Source: an uncultured Rickettsiales bacterium (GTDB lineage: Bacteria; Pseudomonadota; Alphaproteobacteria; Rickettsiales; CAYGPX01). From it: a DNA stretch of 26,463 bases. Made by a program: the position numbers and the translations under genes. The notes below the pieces were generated by a model. That model made no database searches. It was not told the DNA's origin and worked only from the letters and a program-made list of their open reading frames with translations. The stretch lies in the NCBI GenBank assembly GCA_964352935.1, contig CAYGTX010000001.1:1-26463 (forward strand), given 5' to 3'. Every line of letters begins with the position of its first letter. Positions within the stretch are counted from its first letter, which is position 1. Shown here one piece after another: positions 8,886 through 17,187 of this stretch.

Positions 8886-10940
8886 TTGACAGATCAGGAA
8901 TTAAAAGGGAACAATCAATCAAACATAACGCCTTCTAAAAATCCAGAAGGTGTAAAGGCTTCACATACTCAGTCTGCTCCTAATTCTCCTGTTGCGCCTA
9001 CACCTAAACCTTCGGCTCCATCTTCTGTAAACGACACTGCACCTACTGAGTCGCCATCGGCACAAGTGCCTAACGCTCCACAACAATCAGCGCAAGCTTA
9101 TAAGCCTCAACCCAAGACATCAGGTGTGGTTCAAAGCCAAGCTCCAGCTGCGCCCTCAACTCAGCCTGCACCAACGCCTAATCAAAATAGTGGGCAGTCC
9201 GCTGCGGTTGATCAGCAAAATACAGATTCCTTGAATCAAGCAAGTACTAAGTCACTTCCGCTTGGAAAGCGCTTGCTTCAACAAGGCTTGATTTCGAAAG
9301 ATCAGCTTGAAACTGCGTTGAAGGAGCAGTTGGGTCAACAAGGCAAAAAGAAAAAGATGCTGGGTCAGCTGCTGGTGGAGATGGGATTCATCTCTGAAAG
9401 TGTGCTTGGTGAAGCGTTGACGGAAAGCTCGGGTATCAAACATTTTGATCACCATAAAGCAGTTTTAGATCCAAATTTAATTAAAAAAATACCAAGAGAA
9501 CTTGCAATAAAATGCAAAGCAGTGCCCGTTTCTCTGGATGGAAATACCATTAGTGTTGCCATTAATGATGTGTATAACATCATGGCAATCGATCAAATCC
9601 GTCGATATTTCCCTGCTAACTACAAGATAGTACCTGTCTATTGTACGGAGACGGATCTTCTTGAAATTATTGATCAATATTACGGTTATGAAATGTCTAT
9701 TGAAGGCATTCTGCGTGAAATTGAAACGGGCGTTGGTGAAAAAAGCAAGTTAAATGGTGAAGTTGATGGTTATGTTAATCCAACTGTGCGATTGGTTGAC
9801 TCCATTTTGATAGATGCGATAAAGCGAGGTGCTTCTGATATTCACTTTGAGCCAGAGGGTGCTTTCTTACGGCTGAGATATCGTGTGGACGGTAAAATGC
9901 TGCAAGTGAGGTCTTTCCATAAAGAATATTGGGCAGCCATTGCGGTGCGTATTAAAATTATGTCGGGCATGAATATCGCTGAAACGAGGTTGCCACAGGA
10001 TGGTCGTACTACCTATTATGTTTCAGGACGAGAGGTGGATTTTCGTGTTGCAACGCACCCCACTGTCTACGGTGAAAACATTGTAATGCGTATTTTGGAT
10101 AAAAAGAAAGCGTTAGTGCCTTTGGAGCAGCTTGGTTTCAGTGAGAGTAATGATCACATTCTTCGAAAGTTACTTAAGCGCCCTGAGGGCATTATTATTG
10201 TTACTGGACCGACAGGTAGTGGTAAAACAACCACGCTTTATTCGGTACTAAACTACATTAATGATGTAGATATTAACATCATGACATTAGAAAACCCTGT
10301 GGAATATCAACTGCCAATGATTAGGCAGTCGGATATTAGAGAGGAACACGGCATGGATTTTGTGAGTGGTATTAAATCGCTCTTGAGACAAGATCCTGAT
10401 GTTATTTTTGTGGGTGAGGTGCGTGATGAAGCCACCGCAACGATGGCAATGCGTGCTGCAATGACAGGTCACAGAGTATTTACGACACTGCATACTAACG
10501 ATGCATTAGCGGCAATTCCAAGATTGATTGATATTGGTATTCCGCCACATCTGCTGGCTGGTTCACTCATCTGTACAATGGCACAGCGCTTAATCCGTAA
10601 ACTATGTGTAGAGTGTAAGATAAAAGAAACCGCCAGTGAATATGAATGTAAGATTCTTGGTATTGAGGCGGTAAATGCACCCGAGATATATAAACATAAA
10701 GGCTGTCCAAAATGTATGAATACAGGCTATAAAGGTCGTGTGGCAGTAAATGAGATTTTACCTATAGATAGAGATATGGATGAATTAATTGCAACAGGTG
10801 CCACACGAAGCTCGATGATGAAACACGCGCTTAGTAAAGGGTTTGTTCCTATGTCTGGTGATGGTGTTCGGAAGGTATTGGCTGGTGTAACGGATGTGGA
10901 TGAATTGGTCCGCACTATTGATATGACAGAAAACTTATAA
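8886..10940 (+). CDS. GspE/PilB-family secretion or pilus-assembly ATPase with a long N-terminal low-complexity extension (TTG start)
   Basis: ASDIHFEP, RLPQDGR, Walker A GPTGSGKTT, Walker B DVIFVGEVRD, His box GHRVFTTLHTND, CxxC...CxxC; GGAG about 10 nt upstream of the TTG. Confidence 0.95.
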   Translation: MTDQELKGNNQSNITPSKNPEGVKASHTQSAPNSPVAPTPKPSAPSSVNDTAPTESPSAQVPNAPQQSAQAYKPQPKTSGVVQSQAPAAPSTQPAPTPNQNSGQSAAVDQQNTDSLNQASTKSLPLGKRLLQQGLISKDQLETALKEQLGQQGKKKKMLGQLLVEMGFISESVLGEALTESSGIKHFDHHKAVLDPNLIKKIPRELAIKCKAVPVSLDGNTISVAINDVYNIMAIDQIRRYFPANYKIVPVYCTETDLLEIIDQYYGYEMSIEGILREIETGVGEKSKLNGEVDGYVNPTVRLVDSILIDAIKRGASDIHFEPEGAFLRLRYRVDGKMLQVRSFHKEYWAAIAVRIKIMSGMNIAETRLPQDGRTTYYVSGREVDFRVATHPTVYGENIVMRILDKKKALVPLEQLGFSESNDHILRKLLKRPEGIIIVTGPTGSGKTTTLYSVLNYINDVDINIMTLENPVEYQLPMIRQSDIREEHGMDFVSGIKSLLRQDPDVIFVGEVRDEATATMAMRAAMTGHRVFTTLHTNDALAAIPRLIDIGIPPHLLAGSLICTMAQRLIRKLCVECKIKETASEYECKILGIEAVNAPEIYKHKGCPKCMNTGYKGRVAVNEILPIDRDMDELIATGATRSSMMKHALSKGFVPMSGDGVRKVLAGVTDVDELVRTIDMTENL

Positions 10941-10949
10941 GAGGCTGAC

Positions 10950-12155
10950 ATGCCACAATATAATTATATTTCTTTGAATGAAAAAGGTCGTAAAATCCGC
11001 GGGACTATGTCTGCGGCTAATGATGTGGATTTAGAAGAGCGTCTCAAAGGCATTGGCCTTGATATGATTGAGGCGCGTGAAGTAAAAACCAAAAGAGCGG
11101 CGTTTGTCTCTAACGTTATTAAGCCAGAAGATCTTATTATTATTTGTATTCACCTTGAGCAGCTAGAAAAAGCAGGTGTACCGATTTTGGATGCGATATC
11201 TGATTTAAGAGATACAGCAGATGCGCTTTCAGTAAAAAACCTTATGGCTGAGGTTTATGAAAGTGTTAAAGGTGGTAAGCTGTTATCAGCAGCGCTCGCA
11301 GAGCACCCTAAGAACTTTTCTCCTGTATTTACAGGATTAGTTGCGGCTGGTGAAAAGACGGGTAATTTACATGAAGTATTTTTCCATCTTGCGAAGCACC
11401 TAAAATGGGTGAATGGAATACGTCGAAAAATTAAGAAAGCAATTTACTATCCAGTATTCTTGTTAATTTTGATGTTGGGCATCACTTCTTTAATGATGGC
11501 GTATGTGATTCCAAAGCTTTCAAAGTTTTTGACGGCACAGAACTTTGAATTACCAGCATACACAGAAGCGTTGATAGTGACCTCAGATTTCTTTGTGAAT
11601 TATTGGTATGTAGTGCTGTTTGGACCTGTTGTGCTAGTTATTCTCATCAAGGTGTTGATTAGAGTGTCAGAGGATGTTGCGTATAATGTAGATGCTTTTA
11701 AGCTTGCATTGCCTTGGTTTGGATCGACTATTCGTAAAATTGAGATGGCAAGATTTTGCCACTTCTTTGCACTTACATATCGAAGTGGGCTTGGGATTCT
11801 TCAGTGCTTAGACATTGCACAGAATGTACTGGATAATCGTGTGATAAAAGAAGGTGTAGCAACGGTTAGAAAAAGCGTTACAGAAGGGACGTCATTAACA
11901 GACTCATTAAGAGTGTCAAACCAATTACCCAACTTAGTCATCAGAATGTTTAAAGTGGGTGAAGAAAGCGGTAACTTAGATACCACGCTTGAAAATGTAA
12001 ACTTTTTCTATGATAGAGAAGTGGAGGATTCGGTAAATAATATGATTGGTATTATACAACCAGCATTGACAATTATCATGGGTGGTATGATGCTGTGGAT
12101 ATCTATCGCCGTGTTTGGACCATTATATAATAGCTTTAGCCAAATGAGTTTCTAA
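10950..12155 (+). CDS. GspF/PilC-family inner-membrane platform protein
   Basis: GLVAAGEKTGNLHEVF, KIKKAIYYP, MFKVGEESGNLD, IIQPALTIIMG; three TM segments. Confidence 0.95.
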   Translation: MPQYNYISLNEKGRKIRGTMSAANDVDLEERLKGIGLDMIEAREVKTKRAAFVSNVIKPEDLIIICIHLEQLEKAGVPILDAISDLRDTADALSVKNLMAEVYESVKGGKLLSAALAEHPKNFSPVFTGLVAAGEKTGNLHEVFFHLAKHLKWVNGIRRKIKKAIYYPVFLLILMLGITSLMMAYVIPKLSKFLTAQNFELPAYTEALIVTSDFFVNYWYVVLFGPVVLVILIKVLIRVSEDVAYNVDAFKLALPWFGSTIRKIEMARFCHFFALTYRSGLGILQCLDIAQNVLDNRVIKEGVATVRKSVTEGTSLTDSLRVSNQLPNLVIRMFKVGEESGNLDTTLENVNFFYDREVEDSVNNMIGIIQPALTIIMGGMMLWISIAVFGPLYNSFSQMSF

Positions 12156-13678
12156 TGTTTTCAATTGTAGGAAAAGAAAGGTTTGTACTACTAGTTGGAG
12201 AGCATGGTGCTATTTTGTCTCTTTTTATAGGGAAAAAGTTACACAAACGTCTTTATGCTCCCGGCACTTCTGTTAGTGATAGAAGAGAATTTAATGCTTT
12301 GTTTCAGCAGTATCATAACGCGCCATTAAGCCTTCTTCTAGACATTATGGATCAAAATTACTCGCAGCAATCTTTTCCTGCTGTGAGTGTGCTTGCCATC
12401 GATAAGTTAGTCAAAAAGAGAATGGAGCGCGACTTTGACCCAAATGATATTAATGGTGCCATTTCTCTTGGCAGAGAAGAGGATGGAAGAAAAGACTGGA
12501 AGTATTTGTTAGTTTCAGTGACACGTACAGAAATAGTAAGTGATTGGGTTGACTATATTGTTTCTTTGCCCAATCCATTTCAAGGCATTTATCTTCTGCC
12601 GTTAGAAACAGCTTCAATGGCAAAGCGTTTGCCTTTAGTCGATAAAGAAGGAAAAGCAGAGCAAACAAATTGGCAGCTAATTGTTAGCCACCATAAAGTA
12701 AGTGGTATTCGTCAGACAATTATTTACAAAGGCAAAACGCTCTTTTCCCGCCTTATTATGCAGGGCAAAGAGAATATGCCAGAGCTGCTAGCGGGTTTTA
12801 TTGAACAAGAAACACTGAATACCATTGAATATTTAGGACGACTTTCTTTTTCAGAAGAAAGTAAATTAAATATTACAATTGTGGTAAGTGAAGAAATAAA
12901 GCAGCATCTATCTCAAAATAGAATACAAGATCATTATGTTGAGGTTTTAACACCTAACGAAATAGCAAAAGCATTAGGATATAACGAAATATCTGAAAAG
13001 AATGATAAATTCTCAGATATTTTCTTTGCTGCACATTTCTTAAACTCAAAACCGGCACTGAAGTTAAATACTAAAACAACCAGTAGACTTTCCATGATGT
13101 CAGCTGGTTTAAAATATTCAACCATATTAGTAACGCTTCTTATACCACCGCTAGTTGTTTTGCCACTCTATACGCTGTACGAGGTGTATAGTACGAATAG
13201 TAAAATAAAAACGCTAGAAAATGACAAAGCTCAAATAGAAGCACAATGGAAAACGGTTCAGAATGCCAGTGATTATGATATTGACGAATCTTCAAAGATT
13301 ACAGAAATAGTAGGAATACATACTAAAATAAGTGATATTACACTAAGTCCTAACCCACTTTTTAGAAGATTCCAAGATACCATCAAGAAAGATGCCATTG
13401 CAAAATCGATTCAGTGGAGTTATAGCCATAGCTTTGACGCTGAGAACAGTATTTCTCCCCGAATCAATGCTAAATTTGATTTAGAATATATTAATATTGG
13501 CGATAATGTAGACAACTTATTTGGAAACTTTGAAAGCTTTTCTAGGCGGTTAAAGCAACAGTTTAACGAGTATGATGTAAGCCACACTAAATTGCCTGAG
13601 AAAATTACGTTAGGTGAAAAAGCACAGGTGATCAATATGCAGGTTACAATTTCAACCAAGCTTGATAATAGGCGGTAA
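12155..13678 (+). CDS. Unassigned bitopic membrane protein; architecture suggests PilM-PilN fusion or GspL-like
   Basis: About 320 aa soluble N-terminal region, one TM (ILVTLLIPPLVVLPLYTLY), coiled coil, small C-terminal domain; TAATG coupling to the platform gene. Family is inferred from position and topology. Confidence 0.5.
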   Translation: MFSIVGKERFVLLVGEHGAILSLFIGKKLHKRLYAPGTSVSDRREFNALFQQYHNAPLSLLLDIMDQNYSQQSFPAVSVLAIDKLVKKRMERDFDPNDINGAISLGREEDGRKDWKYLLVSVTRTEIVSDWVDYIVSLPNPFQGIYLLPLETASMAKRLPLVDKEGKAEQTNWQLIVSHHKVSGIRQTIIYKGKTLFSRLIMQGKENMPELLAGFIEQETLNTIEYLGRLSFSEESKLNITIVVSEEIKQHLSQNRIQDHYVEVLTPNEIAKALGYNEISEKNDKFSDIFFAAHFLNSKPALKLNTKTTSRLSMMSAGLKYSTILVTLLIPPLVVLPLYTLYEVYSTNSKIKTLENDKAQIEAQWKTVQNASDYDIDESSKITEIVGIHTKISDITLSPNPLFRRFQDTIKKDAIAKSIQWSYSHSFDAENSISPRINAKFDLEYINIGDNVDNLFGNFESFSRRLKQQFNEYDVSHTKLPEKITLGEKAQVINMQVTISTKLDNRR

Positions 13679-13681
13679 CAA

Positions 13682-14338
13682 ATGAAATTAAATGAACTTA
13701 GAAATAAGTTGATTTTAAGAAGTGTCATTTACTTACTTATTGTAGGTGCGTTGATTGCCAGCTATAGCTTTATTGCATCTTACCAAACAGAAGCAGATCA
13801 AAAATATAAGTGGCTTAAAAACGATATTAATTCATTAAGAAGTAAAATTAGCAACCTAGACGAACAAAAAGTTGAGTTTGCAAATGCAGTAATAGTGTGG
13901 GAAGGATTGCCAGCGTATCACAAGCAGATGATGGGAATTCAAATTACAGGCGCAGAAGCTATTTTAACCGACCTTTACGAAGAGTTTCGTTTAAAAGATG
14001 TGAGTACAACTTTTTCTAAACCGGCATTATTAAACTCACCTGAAATGCAAAAAGATACAGTTTCTGTTGAAGTGAGTGATAATAATACGATGTCATTTTC
14101 AGTTTATAATGATCAACAAATATATCAATTTATATATGCGCTTAGAAAGAGATTCCCAGGCTATATAAAAATAAAAAACATAAATATTAATAGAGTAGAA
14201 AGGCCCTCAGCATCAAGCTTAAGGCAAATATCTGAAGGTAAAGTGCCCGCCTTAATCAGAGTTTCAATAGATTTTACTTGGTATGCGCTAAAGAAACCAG
14301 ATGCACCTGAAACGGAGACACAGGAGCGTCCATCATGA
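13682..14338 (+). CDS. Unassigned membrane protein, PilO/GspM-like
   Basis: N-terminal TM, coiled coil, C-terminal alpha/beta pattern (DQQIYQFIYALRKRFPGYIKIKNINI); position in the operon. Confidence 0.5.
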   Translation: MKLNELRNKLILRSVIYLLIVGALIASYSFIASYQTEADQKYKWLKNDINSLRSKISNLDEQKVEFANAVIVWEGLPAYHKQMMGIQITGAEAILTDLYEEFRLKDVSTTFSKPALLNSPEMQKDTVSVEVSDNNTMSFSVYNDQQIYQFIYALRKRFPGYIKIKNININRVERPSASSLRQISEGKVPALIRVSIDFTWYALKKPDAPETETQERPS

Positions 14339-15273
14339 AAAAAATGATTTCTTCTATTTTTATGATGGTTGGATTTTTCTCAATGGCATCTGCACAAGAA
14401 AAACCTTTACCTGCATCACCACCGCCAGCAAAAGATTCTGATTCAGGTGCTGATTTTTCGAGCTTAATGTTTTTGCCAAATGAGTTGGAAAACATCAAGA
14501 AAGCTGAGCGCGCACGTGATACAAAAGTGCCTATTGAAATATTGTTACCTGAAATATTTGGAAGCCAACTTGCAGGGCAGCAGAATACGCGCCCAGAAAT
14601 TATTGATAATAGAATAAAGCCCGCAGTGGAACCACAAGAGGCTGATGTTTTTGTTTACGAAGAACCTGTCGCATCACTTAATCCTGCTGATACGCCTATT
14701 GTATTGCTTAAGTCGGTGCTTTATCTTTCTCCAAAAAATTGGACGATTTGGCTAAATGATAAAAAAATATCTTCCTCAGATGATGCTTACGAAATAGAAA
14801 ATGAAAAGCTCTACAATATTGAAGTTATGAAAGTGGAGCCTAGGCGTATTATTGGCGTGTGGACAGGGTTTCCTGACACGCTAATAATGTCAGACTTTAA
14901 AGAGAGAACTATCGACTTGGGCGGTGAGATTTATGCTAGTGAAGACATGCAGCTTGTGTATGATGCGTCTAAAAAGAGAATAGCATTTATCCTAGAGCCA
15001 AATCAAGCCATTGTGCCTTATTTGCTTAGTGTCTTTGAAGGTAATAATAATGCTAAAGCAGAGTTGTTTAATGAAACAAAGATAGATAACAAAAGTGAAG
15101 AGCTGCCAATAGAAGAATCGCAGCAACAAGATGCAACGCTACAGAATGTTAAGCCTGCTAAAGTTGAGAGTAATCAGCCAACGGATAGATTAAGTAGGCA
15201 AGAAATGAACTTAGAAAAATATAAGAAACAAATTGATTTGTTACAGAGTATGCTTTCTTCACTCAATCAATAA
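14335..15273 (+). CDS. Unassigned exported protein, possibly PilP/GspC/MshK-like
   Basis: Signal peptide ending ASA-Q, no lipobox Cys, beta-rich core (WTIWLNDKKI...IEVMKVEPRRI); ATGA overlap with the upstream gene. Confidence 0.4.
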   Translation: MKKMISSIFMMVGFFSMASAQEKPLPASPPPAKDSDSGADFSSLMFLPNELENIKKAERARDTKVPIEILLPEIFGSQLAGQQNTRPEIIDNRIKPAVEPQEADVFVYEEPVASLNPADTPIVLLKSVLYLSPKNWTIWLNDKKISSSDDAYEIENEKLYNIEVMKVEPRRIIGVWTGFPDTLIMSDFKERTIDLGGEIYASEDMQLVYDASKKRIAFILEPNQAIVPYLLSVFEGNNNAKAELFNETKIDNKSEELPIEESQQQDATLQNVKPAKVESNQPTDRLSRQEMNLEKYKKQIDLLQSMLSSLNQ

Positions 15274-15299
15274 GCGATAATTAACTGGAGTACGAAATA

Positions 15300-16058
15300 G
15301 TGTCATCACACGTTGCTATAAATGAAAATCTTACCTCACCCATGCAAGTTGATAATGTTTGTAAATCATTTGGTGATCATCACGTTTTAAAAAATGTGTC
15401 ACTTACGGTTAATGAGGGAGAGATATTTGGTTTAATTGGATTAAATGGTGTTGGTAAAACAACATTAATAAAAATTATTCTAAATTTACTGAAACAAGAT
15501 GCTGGTAATGTAACCTTTTTTGGAGAATCAACGTTATTGCCAAAAAGCCGGCGTTATATTTCATATTTACCAGAAAAGTTCTATCCATCACCATTACTAA
15601 CGGGTGAAGAGTTTTTAAGAATTGCACTTTCTTATTATAAAAAAGATTTGGATATTGCTAAAGCAAAAGAAAAAGCAGCAATTCTTAAGCTTGACCCTGA
15701 AGTGCTTCATCGTCGTGTGAGTAGCTATTCAAAAGGTATGGGGCAGAAATTAGGGCTTTTATCAGTATTTCTTGCTGAAACACCGCTTTTCCTTTTAGAT
15801 GAGCCAATGAGTGGTTTAGACCCTCAGGCACGAATTCAGTTAAAAGATTTGCTACTAGAGTATAAAAAAGCAGGACACACCATCTTCTTTAGCTCACATA
15901 TCCTTGCAGACATTGAAGAAATTTGTGATCGTACTGCTATCATCCATGGTGGTGAGATTTTGTTTGATGGTAAGCCAGAGCAATTCCTGAAAGACTCTAA
16001 GGAAAAGAATCTCGAGCGTGCCTTCTTAAAGGCAATTAATGCACAAAGTCAGAAATAA
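15300..16058 (+). CDS. ABC transporter ATP-binding protein (GTG start)
   Basis: Walker A GLNGVGKTT, signature YSKGMGQK, Walker B LFLLDEP, H-loop SSHIL; no TM domain. Confidence 0.93.
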   Translation: MSSHVAINENLTSPMQVDNVCKSFGDHHVLKNVSLTVNEGEIFGLIGLNGVGKTTLIKIILNLLKQDAGNVTFFGESTLLPKSRRYISYLPEKFYPSPLLTGEEFLRIALSYYKKDLDIAKAKEKAAILKLDPEVLHRRVSSYSKGMGQKLGLLSVFLAETPLFLLDEPMSGLDPQARIQLKDLLLEYKKAGHTIFFSSHILADIEEICDRTAIIHGGEILFDGKPEQFLKDSKEKNLERAFLKAINAQSQK

Positions 16059-16083
16059 TATTGGTGCTTATATTATGCTTTTT

Positions 16084-16572
16084 TTATAAAAAACGATGCA
16101 TGATATAGAGATCAACCAGCCCTTTCTCTTGATGCAGGAAGCCTTTAGGGATAGTGCCAACAATCTTAAAGTCGAGTGATTTCCAAAGTGCTACGGAGCG
16201 GCTGTTTGTGCTTACTACCACATTAAACTGCATAGCAAGATAGCCTAGTATTTTTGCTTGTTCGATTGCGTGCTCGCCCATATAGCGGCCAATACCATTA
16301 TTTTGATGGTCTGGGTGTAGCATAAAGCCAGCATTACATACATGGGAGCCGTGCCCCACTTTATTGGGACGAATAACATAAGTGCCAACCACTTGCTCGT
16401 CTTGGTAAACAAGATAAGGGTTTGTACCCTTCATCCATATTTCTTCAGCGTCAAAATAATCCATATCATCGGGATAGATGAACGTATCGCCTGTTTTGGT
16501 GACCGCTTGGAATATTGGCCAAATGAGAGCAAATTCATCCGCTTTAGCGGGGATTATGGTAATCCCTTCCAT
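16084..16572 (-). CDS. GNAT-family N-acetyltransferase
   Basis: Acetyl-CoA motif HQNNGIGRYM; AMQFNVVVSTNSRSVALWKSLDF. Confidence 0.9.
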   Translation of the reverse strand: MEGITIIPAKADEFALIWPIFQAVTKTGDTFIYPDDMDYFDAEEIWMKGTNPYLVYQDEQVVGTYVIRPNKVGHGSHVCNAGFMLHPDHQNNGIGRYMGEHAIEQAKILGYLAMQFNVVVSTNSRSVALWKSLDFKIVGTIPKGFLHQEKGLVDLYIMHRFL

Positions 16573-16574
16573 TG

Positions 16575-17048
16575 CTAAAACTTAACTGCTAAAATTTCGT
16601 AATAGCGCACGCCTTTTGGTGTGTTGATTTCAACTGAATCACCTAAATGTTTACCAATTAAGCCACGTGCAAGCGGAGATGCAATGGAGATACGCTTCTT
16701 ATTAAGGTCAGCTTCATACTCACCTACAATTTGATAAGTGCTTTCTTCTTCAGACTCTTCATCAACTAAGGTGACAGTTGCACCAAAGGTTACTTTCGTA
16801 CCACTTAATGATTTCAGGTCAATGACTTCAGCACGCACTTCAAAGTCTTCAAGTATTGCTAAACGACCTTCTGAAAAACTTTGTTTTTCACGTGCTGCAT
16901 GATATTCAGCATTTTCTGAAAGGTCACCATGAGCTCTGGCTTCCGCAATTTGTTCAGTAATAGCGGGGCGATCAATCGTCTTAATTTTATGAATTTCTTC
17001 TTTTAGCCTTTCAAAGCCTTCAGTCGTTATGGGTGCTTTGCTGCTCAT
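16575..17048 (-). CDS. greA: Transcription elongation factor GreA (start moved to 17048, MSSKAPIT, 157 aa)
   Basis: ARAHGDLSENAEYHAARE, VTFGATV, ISIASPLARGLIGK. Confidence 0.97.
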   Translation of the reverse strand: MSSKAPITTEGFERLKEEIHKIKTIDRPAITEQIAEARAHGDLSENAEYHAAREKQSFSEGRLAILEDFEVRAEVIDLKSLSGTKVTFGATVTLVDEESEEESTYQIVGEYEADLNKKRISIASPLARGLIGKHLGDSVEINTPKGVRYYEILAVKF

Positions 17049-17187
17049 GTTCGATCTCCCTGATATATAAAATACAAGCCGAGCATAATAGCATGTTCTT
17101 TCTTTGCAGTAAAAAGTAATGTGTATGTTCATTACCGTTATGCTGTAGAAAAAACTAAATGGCTACGCTCGACTCGTTACTAATTCA

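Noticed and set aside
7790-16058. Pilus-like operon as an island integrated at ssrA
   Set aside because: No integrase and no downstream copy of the tmRNA 3' end; the only CTCCACCAAG match seen is inside cpoB, upstream.
17049-17132. 28-aa N-terminal extension of GreA in the ORF track
   Set aside because: GreA homology begins at MSSKAPIT, giving the usual length of about 157 aa.
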